Positions 1 to 7,959 of a stretch of DNA of 14,526 nucleotides are shown in pieces. Made by a program: the position numbers and the translations under genes. The stretch is from Bdellovibrionota bacterium. Its GTDB lineage: Bacteria > Bdellovibrionota_C > UBA2361 > JBGSMV01. The stretch lies in the NCBI GenBank assembly GCA_044356455.1, contig JBIKWF010000111.1, positions 1 through 14,526 of the forward strand, in the 5' to 3' direction. Within the stretch, counting starts at the first letter, position 1; the number at the start of each line of letters is the position of its first letter. A model generated the notes under the pieces. That model made no database searches, was not told the origin of the DNA, and was given only the letters and a program-made list of their open reading frames with translations.

Positions 1-1899
1 GTGGTGATCGGAGATCGCCCCCTTATCGAGCTTTTGCCGATGATGCTCGATAAAGATGACAACGACGTTACCCAGTTCTCGATGACCTATGTCGAAAAAG
101 CGGGGCTGGTAAAATTCGACTTCCTGGGCCTCAAGACACTTACGGTTATTCACTCGGCTCTCCGCATCATTAAAGAGGGCAGGGGAATCGAGGTGGATCT
201 CGAAAGACTTCCTCTCAATGATCCTAAGACCTATCAGCTCATCTCTGGCGGTAATACCACGGGAGTTTTCCAGCTCGAGTCTTCGGGCATTACTGAAATG
301 ACCGTAAGGCTTAAGCCGAACTGCTTTGATGACCTTGTCGCTATTCTTGCGCTCTATCGCCCTGGCCCACTCGACGCAGGCATGGTCGACCACTACATAG
401 CAAGAAAACATGGGCGTGAGCCCGTGACTTACATGCACCCCTTAATGAAGCATGTGCTCTCTGACACCTACGGCATCATGCTTTATCAAGAGCAAATCAT
501 GCAGCTTGCGCGCGAGCTCGCAGGCTACAGCCTTGGGCAAGCCGATATTCTTAGAAAGGCCATGGGTAAGAAGAACCCAGAAGAGATGGCCAAGCAGCGT
601 GTGGGGTTCATTAAGGGAGCCACTGAGCGCGGCGTCAAAGACGAGGCGGCGCAAGAAATTTTCGATCAGATGGAAACGTTCGCGAGGTACGGCTTCAACC
701 GAAGTCACTCTGCCGCCTACGCCATGATTTCGTTCCAGACTGGCTATCTCAAAGCGCATTACCCCGTCGAGTTCATGGCGGCGCTCATGTCCAATGAGAT
801 GGAGGATAGCGATAAGGTTCTTAAGAACCTTAATGAATGCCGCAAACATAAAGTGGCGGTATTGCCTCCGACCGTGAACGAGTCCTTGGCCAGTTTCTCC
901 GTTTTTGACGGCAAAATTCGTTACGGTCTTGAAGCCGTAAAGGGAATTGGAGAAAAGGCCGTTCAGTCGATCATTGAGGCGCGTACCTCAGGTGGCCCCT
1001 TTGTTGATCTTGAAGATTTTCTGCTGAGAGTAGATCTTAAGAGCGTCAATCGGCGCGTATTAGAAAGTCTGATTAAGTGCGGAGCGTTTGATCATTCAGG
1101 GTCGTCGCGCCGAGACATGATAGAGCGCCTTGAAGACGCCCTGAAAGCCGCGCAATCACTCCAGCGAGATAAGGATACTACTCAAATCTCGCTTTTTGGA
1201 GGCGTGTCCGCCAAGCCCACTATTCAGCGCAAGAATACCAAGCTGCCAGAATGGCCCGTCAATCAAAAGCTCGCTTTCGAGCGTGAAGCGCTTGGGTTCT
1301 ATATCTCTGGGCACCCACTCGAAAAATTCATGCAGGATCTTAAGCGTCTTGGCACCGTGGTCACCCCGGATCTAAAGGGCAAGTCTAAAGGCGCCGAAGT
1401 GCGGGTCGGCGGAGTGGTTACGGCGCTTCGTCTTAAGAATACGAAAAAAGGCGATAGATACGCGACCTTTGTGCTCGAAGATTGGCTTGGGACTATCGAG
1501 GCGATTGTGTGGCCAGACGTATACCGCCAGATTGCGACGCAGATTGCGGCTGATGACCCCGTGCTCGTAGCAGGCAAGGTGGACCAGAGCGAAGAACGCT
1601 GCACGCTGATAGTTGATAAAATGGAGTCTCTGATTGCCCTTCGCGATCGAAGCGCGACGCAAGGAGTCTTGCTTCTTAAAGAGCAGGACAATCTTGAGCA
1701 GCAGCTCGAGAAATTGCTAGTGGTCTTTAAGCGCTATTCCGGCAATTGCCCGGTCAAAGTGCGCCTGCAGGTTCAGGGCGCAGAGGTGAGCATGGCGCTT
1801 AAAGATCAGCGCCGAGCCCCTGTCTGCGTGGTTCCCTCGGAAACGCTCTGTGATGAAATTGAGCAGATGTTTGGGCGTCCGGTTTTGTCGTTTCTCTAA
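1..1899 (+). CDS. dnaE: DNA polymerase III alpha subunit (DnaE1 type), 5'-truncated by the window edge
   Basis: Hallmark motifs GLVKFDFLGLKTL, GVFQLES, ALYRPGP, YQEQIM, ADILRKAMGKK, FARYGFNRSHS, YLKAHYP, the HhH region (VKGIGEK), the internal beta-clamp motif QISLF (1183-1197), EREALGFYISGHPL, the OB fold and a C-terminal tau-binding-type domain. The PHP domain and N-terminal palm are upstream of base 1, so the GTG at 1 is not the real start. Confidence 0.98.
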   Translation: MVIGDRPLIELLPMMLDKDDNDVTQFSMTYVEKAGLVKFDFLGLKTLTVIHSALRIIKEGRGIEVDLERLPLNDPKTYQLISGGNTTGVFQLESSGITEMTVRLKPNCFDDLVAILALYRPGPLDAGMVDHYIARKHGREPVTYMHPLMKHVLSDTYGIMLYQEQIMQLARELAGYSLGQADILRKAMGKKNPEEMAKQRVGFIKGATERGVKDEAAQEIFDQMETFARYGFNRSHSAAYAMISFQTGYLKAHYPVEFMAALMSNEMEDSDKVLKNLNECRKHKVAVLPPTVNESLASFSVFDGKIRYGLEAVKGIGEKAVQSIIEARTSGGPFVDLEDFLLRVDLKSVNRRVLESLIKCGAFDHSGSSRRDMIERLEDALKAAQSLQRDKDTTQISLFGGVSAKPTIQRKNTKLPEWPVNQKLAFEREALGFYISGHPLEKFMQDLKRLGTVVTPDLKGKSKGAEVRVGGVVTALRLKNTKKGDRYATFVLEDWLGTIEAIVWPDVYRQIATQIAADDPVLVAGKVDQSEERCTLIVDKMESLIALRDRSATQGVLLLKEQDNLEQQLEKLLVVFKRYSGNCPVKVRLQVQGAEVSMALKDQRRAPVCVVPSETLCDEIEQMFGRPVLSFL

Positions 1900-1948
1900 C
1901 TGAAGTCGTGCTCTGAGTTGCGAGGGAGGGAGCCTCTGCCAAAGTCTG

Positions 1949-2012
1949 CTCTGTGAACTCTGTGGTTGATTTAAATTGTTGAAAAACCACAGAGGACACA
2001 GAGATCACAGAG
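1949..2012. repeat. REP-like imperfect palindrome built from 9-nt-period CACAGAG/CTCTGTG units
   Basis: CTCTGTGAACTCTGTGGTT (1949-1967) is the reverse complement of AACCACAGAGGACACAGAG (1985-2003) at 17/19 positions, with a 17-nt AT-rich loop. A third CACAGAG unit extends to 2012. A related element lies at 12619-12697. Confidence 0.8.
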
Positions 2013-2076
2013 AGAAAAAATAAAATGTTGGGGTTTCCAGTGGTTCCCTAGTATCAGCGTGGATTGCGGCAGTTAA

Positions 2077-2100
2077 GTGCCGCCTTACGGCATCTTTTTC
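2077..2100 (+). terminator. Possible intrinsic terminator downstream of dnaE
   Basis: GTGCCG-CCTTA-CGGCAT forms a 6-bp stem with one G-U pair and is followed by CTTTTTC. The stem is short, so this is weak. Confidence 0.3.
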
Positions 2101-2194
2101 TAAGGGCGCGCATAACTCAGTTCTCCCTATTTGTGTGTGGGGCTCTCGCCAGATGATAGCGCGGAGCAGCAGCAACGAACTGTGCAGGTGTGTT

Positions 2195-3583
2195 ATGGCA
2201 AGTCATTCAAATGATTCACGAATCGAGCGCGTTGCGCTACTCGGTGGGGCAGCCGATCAAGCGGCGATAGATCGCCGAACCGCCCTGGGAATGTTTTGCC
2301 TTGGAGTAGGAACCTTACTTGGTAGGAATGCGCTTGGCGCAACTGACGCCAGTGTTGGCGTCGCAGGTGAGGGGTTTATGTTCGATTCCCCGTTTCGTGC
2401 CGTCGGGGCGATTTTGGATAAAAAGACGCTCGTACTCCCCTCCGGCATGAGCCTGACTCTTGGCCAATACGGTAATCCACTCATTGCCCCCGGAGTTTTT
2501 CATGGGGCGACGCTCTCTGAGCTCGATCTGAAATTAGTGGATCTGAGTTCGGTGGTTCGAGCCCTTATTAGACCCAAAGACCCAGCGACCTATGCAAACG
2601 ACGAAGAAGTCGCCGCTCGCATAAGAACCTCGCGTGTGTGGTGTGCTCTGGTAGACGATGGCAAAACGATTACGTCTTACGATACCTCGCGCTACGCAAC
2701 TAACCCGCCCACTATGGAAATAAACTCGGCCGGGGCACTTAAGGTAACCCACGGCGGCGTCGAAGTGGTTCGCTTCACTGACGGAGTTCACTTAAGCGAA
2801 TTGCATCACGTAGACAGTAACCGCATGGATCCTGGGGCCCTCGTGGGATTTTTCTCCATCGGGAACCCGCCGAGCGAATCAAAGCCGATTGTGGTAACTG
2901 AGCTTGATAGTCTAGTAATTCCGACTGCTGAGTCTATGCGAGTTACTCGAGATGGACTTGCGTTAACCGCGGATTCCGTAGCCCGCAATGTGAACACAAA
3001 AACAAGCGAATCTTTTGTGGTGTCTGGTAAGAATGTGTGGCGGTATCGCTTCTTTCAGCCAGAGGGGGAGAAGACCGTCATCTTCGGCGCTGAATGTAAA
3101 GCTCACGGCGGAGTTAATCCAGATGCATTTAGTGCGGAGTGGGGCAGCATGGGCCCTCGCCAATTCTACGCCTTAGAGACCGCGGGCACGAGGACATTGC
3201 TTCACCCCGAACCTGATCTGCGGAACACGCTAGACGTCACGGCACTCAACCCCGAAAAAAAACCGCTTTTTGCGGCCGGTTTTGTAATTTGGGGGCTAGA
3301 CGAATCAGGACAGCCGCGCACGGAACGAACTTCTTTATCGAAGCTCGGAGGTGCTGAGCGGGTGGCAGTAAAGGGTGATCTTCTTTCTATTATCCGCGCT
3401 GATGGCAAAGAGGATTTCTTTCGAATCACAGAATTACGCCGAAAGCCTGGATTCGCGGAGAATGTGGTAGATATTCATGCGATAGATTCGAAGGGTGTGC
3501 GGGGAGACCTTCTCGCGCCACAGGTTACAAGTTTGGGAAGTTTTTCACGACCTCATGCGCGCCACACGAATATTGACGGGTAG
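2195..3583 (+). CDS. Hypothetical exported protein with putative twin-arginine (Tat) signal peptide
   Basis: Long ORF (track 2135-3583). ATG 2195 is preceded by AGGTG and is preferred as the start. The N-terminus has DRRTAL, a hydrophobic stretch (GMFCLGVGTLLG) and NALGA. I recognise no domain in the mature part. Confidence 0.75.
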   Translation: MASHSNDSRIERVALLGGAADQAAIDRRTALGMFCLGVGTLLGRNALGATDASVGVAGEGFMFDSPFRAVGAILDKKTLVLPSGMSLTLGQYGNPLIAPGVFHGATLSELDLKLVDLSSVVRALIRPKDPATYANDEEVAARIRTSRVWCALVDDGKTITSYDTSRYATNPPTMEINSAGALKVTHGGVEVVRFTDGVHLSELHHVDSNRMDPGALVGFFSIGNPPSESKPIVVTELDSLVIPTAESMRVTRDGLALTADSVARNVNTKTSESFVVSGKNVWRYRFFQPEGEKTVIFGAECKAHGGVNPDAFSAEWGSMGPRQFYALETAGTRTLLHPEPDLRNTLDVTALNPEKKPLFAAGFVIWGLDESGQPRTERTSLSKLGGAERVAVKGDLLSIIRADGKEDFFRITELRRKPGFAENVVDIHAIDSKGVRGDLLAPQVTSLGSFSRPHARHTNIDG

Positions 3584-3658
3584 CGAAGGCCCTGACTGCG
3601 CGTAGCATCTGAGAAATAACGGATTGATTCCTTAGAGAGCGGTGCTTGGACGCCTCCT

Positions 3659-4960
3659 TTAGCTCCTCAAGAGCAGCAGCGGGGTGATCATCTCTTGCGG
3701 GGTTAATCCCCCATGGTGACCCGCGTAAAAGCTAATCTCGTAGTTCGGCTCTTCCCATCCGCCCCAGTAGGGTGCTTTCGGCAGAACAATCACATCCCCC
3801 ATGCGCTGCCGAAACTTGGTAGAAATAGGCGTGGGTCCAAGGATTCCCATCGCAGCGGCCTGCTGCTGGGTTAACACCTCAGCTGCATCGCCGAGTGCGC
3901 AGCGCAGTCGGTCCGCAAGAGTTTCTGTGGCACCAGGCTGAGCGTAGAGTAGCATGTCACGTGGGCCGCCACCGTAACGAATAAGCTCTCCATTTCGATT
4001 TGTCCGCAGAAGCTTCTCTATACCGGGAACGAGCTTGTTAATTGGCAATTTCATCTCGTGGCATAGTGAGATCTGTCCGTGATCCGCGGTCAGCATCAGA
4101 AGGGTTTTGCCGTCTGAGCAGGCAGTCGCGAGGGGTTCGAGGTATCGAAGTATCACTCTCGCAACCTTATCGGCGTAAGCTGAGCTTGGGCCGGTATGGT
4201 GGCATGCGGAGTCGAAATTTCCGATGTAGAAGTAGTGGAATGCAGGGCCTGGTCCTTTGGTGCACTCAAGCAGATCCTGAACTCCGGCTCGTACACCCTG
4301 ATAGGCACGCTTTTCTCCAACGATAAAGTGGTCATCGTAGTCGCCCGGGAAATACTTGTTTGAGCCATAGGCAGTCGTTCTTACGCCGGCGCGACCAAGG
4401 CTGCGAGAGAACGAGTCCTTTGGAAGTATGTCGTCTACCCCATGGACCTCGGTTAGAAACGAGGACTTGTCTGAACTGTTAAGACCCTTAAACCGGAAGG
4501 GATTTATAATTGAATCAACATTTGGCTCGAGGTAAAACCATTCGCATACTCCCGACTCATACACGGGTAGCCCGGAGTTGATGCAGGTAATATGCGCTGC
4601 GGTAGTAGAGGGAAACTGCGAGGTGGTTTGAAGTGAGATTCCTGAACTTTGGAAGGCCCGCAGAAAAGCCGAATCATCCTGATAGCGCTGAACGGCATCC
4701 CAACCGAATGCATCTATGAGAACGAGCACCACCCGCTCAATGCCAGGGCCAATCGCCCGACTTACGGAGGAGGGGAAGGATGGGCGGTTCGTTGCCCCGA
4801 CAAGGACCTCTTCTATCAGCCCTGGAAGATTAGCAAAGCAAAAGTCTTCATATGCGGGGCGAATGGTCTGCGCGTTAATTCGGGAGCGCTCAATCGCTGC
4901 GCGAGATTCCTCGGGGAGAGATTGTGGTCGTTTGGGCGTGTGCGGCGTTTCTTGAGGCAT
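3659..4960 (-). CDS. Alkaline phosphatase superfamily protein (type I phosphodiesterase / nucleotide pyrophosphatase-like), no signal peptide
   Basis: Metal and nucleophile motifs occur in order: LVLIDAFGW, SQFPSTT (Thr nucleophile), DSACHHTGP, LTADHGQ, GDVIV, GHHGGLTPQEM. Confidence 0.92.
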   Translation of the reverse strand: MPQETPHTPKRPQSLPEESRAAIERSRINAQTIRPAYEDFCFANLPGLIEEVLVGATNRPSFPSSVSRAIGPGIERVVLVLIDAFGWDAVQRYQDDSAFLRAFQSSGISLQTTSQFPSTTAAHITCINSGLPVYESGVCEWFYLEPNVDSIINPFRFKGLNSSDKSSFLTEVHGVDDILPKDSFSRSLGRAGVRTTAYGSNKYFPGDYDDHFIVGEKRAYQGVRAGVQDLLECTKGPGPAFHYFYIGNFDSACHHTGPSSAYADKVARVILRYLEPLATACSDGKTLLMLTADHGQISLCHEMKLPINKLVPGIEKLLRTNRNGELIRYGGGPRDMLLYAQPGATETLADRLRCALGDAAEVLTQQQAAAMGILGPTPISTKFRQRMGDVIVLPKAPYWGGWEEPNYEISFYAGHHGGLTPQEMITPLLLLRS

Positions 4961-5116
4961 ACGAGACTACCTTCTAAAAATCCTAAGAACTTGCGGATTG
5001 ATGGTAGGGCCTCGCTGCAGCGAAAGTCGATTTTTCTATGAGATACGATTCAGATGAGAAACCAGCAATGAAAACAACCGCCGTTAAAACTCAGCGCTGC
5101 TTTGAGCAATGACGGT

Positions 5117-5231
5117 TAGGAGTGTGTCCCGTGGAAACATAAATCTTCATTCTGGACACAATCCGTAGGTGGGCTGTCCCGTTGCCACTACAACATGTAG
5201 AGGTGAGAGTGTTCTACGGGACAGACCCCTA
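5117..5231. repeat. Cluster of three REP-like TAGG..TGTCCCGT repeats (two direct, one inverted)
   Basis: TAGGAGTGTGTCCCGTGGAA (5117-5136) and TAGGTGGGCTGTCCCGTTG (5166-5184) are direct copies. TTCTACGGGACAGACCCCTA (5212-5231) has reverse complement TAGGGGTCTGTCCCGTAGAA, which matches copy 1 at 17/20. Confidence 0.75.
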
Positions 5232-5334
5232 GGCCACACGAGAAATTGATGATGTCGCCTCTCGCGCAGCCAGGCTAGAATTGGAGTAGTGTATGGTCTC
5301 AAGTGGCAATAGGACACTTGTGGTGGGGGAGTTT

Positions 5335-5922
5335 ATGAAACAGATCGTTGGCATATGCTTAGTCATCATTGCTGCCTTCAGTAGTGCCCAAGCCGTGTTT
5401 GCTCAGGAGCTGATCGATGCAACGGTGCGAGTGTACAGTCAAATCGTCACCTTTAAAGTGCCAAAAGGTTGGAAGGGTGGATTTCGAAGTGATACAGGTA
5501 GTGTCTTTCGACTAGAACTGATTCCGGCAGACGAGAAAATAGACTCCTGGACCTCAATGCTTACGGTAAGTGGTAACCGAGGCTTGTCGGCGCAGCTTAC
5601 TGCCCAAAAGGCCTACCAGATAGAAGCCGACTCGGTGGTCCGGGCATGCCCGAATGATGCAGTTAATGAAATCATCACCCAGCCTAAGTCTATTGAATAC
5701 GAGACTGTCTACGCGCTCATCGGTTGTAAGAAACACCCTGCCATCGTGGATAGAAACGAAATTGGCTTTTACGCATTCATACGTGGAGCAGCGGACGTGT
5801 ATATGATTAAGAAGTCCTTTCGTGAGCCACTACAAGGGGCTCATAAGAGGCTCACGAGCGAATCTTACCGCCAGCTCGCACCCGAGGTTCTTGCCGTAAA
5901 GTTAGTGCCCCCTGCTTCCTAA
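5335..5922 (+). CDS. Hypothetical secreted protein with Sec signal peptide, two Cys in the mature region
   Basis: ATG 5335 follows GGGGGAG and gives the classical signal MKQIVGICLVIIAAFSSAQAVFA. ATG 5293 (GGAG upstream) is an alternative start. The segments FKVPKGW and ELIPADEKIDSWTSMLTV resemble PsbP/Mog1-like periplasmic proteins (inference). Confidence 0.8.
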   Translation: MKQIVGICLVIIAAFSSAQAVFAQELIDATVRVYSQIVTFKVPKGWKGGFRSDTGSVFRLELIPADEKIDSWTSMLTVSGNRGLSAQLTAQKAYQIEADSVVRACPNDAVNEIITQPKSIEYETVYALIGCKKHPAIVDRNEIGFYAFIRGAADVYMIKKSFREPLQGAHKRLTSESYRQLAPEVLAVKLVPPAS

Positions 5923-5940
5923 CATTCATTTGGAAAAGCC

Positions 5941-7032
5941 ATGTCAAAATCTTCAGGTCATCACAGTTTTGCACCACCCCTTTGGTTCTTTTCCCTTGGA
6001 CTAGCCTTCTGCGTTCTTTGGGTGCTGGTTCAACTAAAGGAACTCGTCGTGCTCCTTGTGGTTGGGTACTGCCTCGCGTACGTGATTAATCCCTTTCTTG
6101 GCTGGCTTGAGAAACGCAAGGTGAATCGAACCTTGGGATTTTTTGTGGTGACTGCCGGCTTTGCGGGGGTAGTAGTCCTACTTGGCATGACGGCGCTTCC
6201 TACTCTTGGGAAACAGTACGATAGGCTTTCAACGAACTTTCCGGCATACGTGCAGACAGCCAAGGAGCGGGCACTTCCTATGCTCAAGGACCTAGAGGCG
6301 AAATTGCCTTCAGGCTTACCCGGAGGGTTTACCGTTGAAGAGATTATCGAATCTCCCGCCTCTCTTCTTCAGGGCGTAAGCGGAGAAACGGTAAAAAAAG
6401 TCGGCGGAGGAGTGCTTGGTGCGCTGCTCGGAGGCTACTCTCTGACGCTCACGTTGCTCAATTTGACCTTGCTGCCCTTTATTGTTTTCTACCTTGCCGT
6501 AGACTTTGCGGTTATTCACCGCAAGATTTTAGAGCTCATCCCAGTTTCAAAACGTAAAGCTGTGGCGGGGGTAGCTCGCCAGATTGATACCGTGGTGTCC
6601 GCGTTTGTGCGTGGGCAATTTACGGTTGGCTGTATTCTTTTCGCCCTCTATGCCTTGGGGCTTGGAATTGTGAGCGTGGAACTTTGGTTCTTGCTCGCCA
6701 TTCTCTCGGGGTTTGGAAACGTCATTCCTTATTTTGGATTTCTTATAGGAATTGTGCTGAGCACCATTATGGCGCTCGTAACGTTTGGATCTTTTGCCGG
6801 TGTGGTGAAGGTTTGGGTTATCTACGCAATCGTGCAGTCTCTTGAGGGGACGCTGATTACTCCCAAAATTGTGGGCGATAAAGTCGGACTTTCGCCTTTG
6901 GCCGTTATCCTTGCCCTTTTTGCGGGAGGTCAGTTGTTTGGTCTACTAGGGGTACTTCTTGCGGTCCCCGGAGCGGCGGTGGTTAAAGTTCTTGCCGGGG
7001 AGCTCTATTCTTGGGTGCTTAAGCGCACGTAG
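5941..7032 (+). CDS. AI-2E family (PerM/UPF0118) permease
   Basis: 363-aa polytopic membrane protein with LAYVINP..WLE, FYLAVD, FVRGQ, NVIPYFG, QSLEGTLITPKIVGDKVGLSP and GGQLFGLLGVLLAVP. Confidence 0.95.
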   Translation: MSKSSGHHSFAPPLWFFSLGLAFCVLWVLVQLKELVVLLVVGYCLAYVINPFLGWLEKRKVNRTLGFFVVTAGFAGVVVLLGMTALPTLGKQYDRLSTNFPAYVQTAKERALPMLKDLEAKLPSGLPGGFTVEEIIESPASLLQGVSGETVKKVGGGVLGALLGGYSLTLTLLNLTLLPFIVFYLAVDFAVIHRKILELIPVSKRKAVAGVARQIDTVVSAFVRGQFTVGCILFALYALGLGIVSVELWFLLAILSGFGNVIPYFGFLIGIVLSTIMALVTFGSFAGVVKVWVIYAIVQSLEGTLITPKIVGDKVGLSPLAVILALFAGGQLFGLLGVLLAVPGAAVVKVLAGELYSWVLKRT

Positions 7033-7064
7033 CGCGTAAGTTGTTCGCCTTCCGCGCCAGTTCT

Positions 7065-7090
7065 TGCTACTCTTCACGGCGGGGAGGATT
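7065..7090 (+). promoter_or_regulatory. Possible extended -10 promoter (TG-C-TACTCT) and RBS (GGAGGA) for nadC-birA-coaX
   Basis: TG at 7065-7066 and TACTCT at 7068-7073 fit TGnTAnnnT. A strong Shine-Dalgarno sequence precedes ATG 7099. There is no good -35. Confidence 0.3.
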
Positions 7091-7098
7091 GATTCCAT

Positions 7099-7959
7099 AT
7101 GCTGCAAAGCCCTCTAATCGACAAGCTTATTGCGCTTGCCATAGAAGAAGATCTCGCGCTTGGGGATGTCACCTCTGAGTCCTGTATTCCAGAAGGGCAT
7201 CAATCTATCGGGAAGGTGCTCGTGCGAGAATCTCTCGTCGTATGCGGCTTGCCCCTCATTGAGCGCATAGCGCTTAGCTCACACAGCTCGCTTAAGGTTA
7301 CTTGTCATGTGAGCGAGGGAGATGCCGTAGAGAAAGAAACGGTCATCGCGGAGCTTCAAGGTTCAACGCGGAGCCTTCTTGCTCTTGAGCGCACGATTCT
7401 TAACTTTCTTCAGCGCCTGTCGGGCGTTGCCTCTCAGGCTCGTCTGGCATCGGCCGCAGCGGGCTCTCTTATCGTCTTGGACACCAGAAAAACTACGCCA
7501 GGCTGGCGTATCCTTGAAAAATACGCCTGTCGCATAGGGGGCGCGAAGAACCATCGCTTCTCTTTAGGTGACATGGTGCTGGTGAAGAATAATCATGTAG
7601 ACGTGCAGCCAGGTGCTTCGGTAGGAGACAAGATGAGAGCGGCTCTTTCTCAAATCGCCGCGAGAAAAGGTCCTTATTTGCCGATGGAGGTTGAAGTGCG
7701 CTCCAGGGAGGAGCTTGAAGCAGCCCTCGAATTTAAACCACAAATGATTATGCTCGATAACATGACAGACGAGCATATCGCCGAGTCAGTACAAATCGTA
7801 AAACTAAAGAGTCCAGAAACGATACTAGAGGCGTCGGGCGGGATTTCGACGGAGAGACTTACGCGTCTCGCAGCGCTAGGGGTACATTCTGTCTCTATGG
7901 GAGCTCTCACCACCAAGGCTCAAAATAAAGATATCTCTCTTAGAATCTCCTCTTTATGA
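7099..7959 (+). CDS. nadC: Carboxylating nicotinate-nucleotide diphosphorylase (quinolinate phosphoribosyltransferase)
   Basis: EEDL..GDVTS, ERTILNFLQRLSGVAS, DTRKTTPG, GGAKNHRFSLGD, EVEV, IMLDNM, EASGGI, DISL. Confidence 0.97.
   Translation: MLQSPLIDKLIALAIEEDLALGDVTSESCIPEGHQSIGKVLVRESLVVCGLPLIERIALSSHSSLKVTCHVSEGDAVEKETVIAELQGSTRSLLALERTILNFLQRLSGVASQARLASAAAGSLIVLDTRKTTPGWRILEKYACRIGGAKNHRFSLGDMVLVKNNHVDVQPGASVGDKMRAALSQIAARKGPYLPMEVEVRSREELEAALEFKPQMIMLDNMTDEHIAESVQIVKLKSPETILEASGGISTERLTRLAALGVHSVSMGALTTKAQNKDISLRISSL

Noticed and set aside
1..1899. Intein or split dnaE, or error-prone DnaE2
   Set aside because: The visible sequence is colinear with normal DnaE and has no intein motifs. 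The clamp motif and C-terminal domain indicate replicative DnaE1. The missing N-terminus is just the window edge.
1799..2008. 69-aa minus-strand ORF
   Set aside because: It starts inside the palindromic repeat and overlaps dnaE antisense, with no protein-like features.
2104..2122. GGGCGCGCATAACTCAGTT resembles the 5' end of a tRNA
   Set aside because: No D-loop GG, no anticodon or T arm (GTTCRA) and no matching acceptor 3' strand follow, so it cannot form a cloverleaf.
3659..4960. PglZ of a BREX defence system
   Set aside because: A stand-alone 433-aa phosphodiesterase-type protein with no brxC, pglX or brxL neighbours.
4649..5041. 130-aa plus-strand ORF, and the other short ORFs nested in or antisense to the main genes (e.g. 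442-849, 1299-1691, 9182-9523, 9642-10013, 12038-12394)
   Set aside because: Shadow frames of well-supported genes, with no motifs or convincing RBS.
4961..5120. Known riboswitch (fluoride, c-di-GMP, TPP, etc.) in the divergent intergenic region
   Set aside because: I could not match the required consensus elements by eye. An Rfam scan would be needed to exclude one formally.
5117..5231. Repeats with about 49-nt spacing as a mini CRISPR array
   Set aside because: Only two direct copies, both degenerate; the third is inverted; no cas genes in the window.
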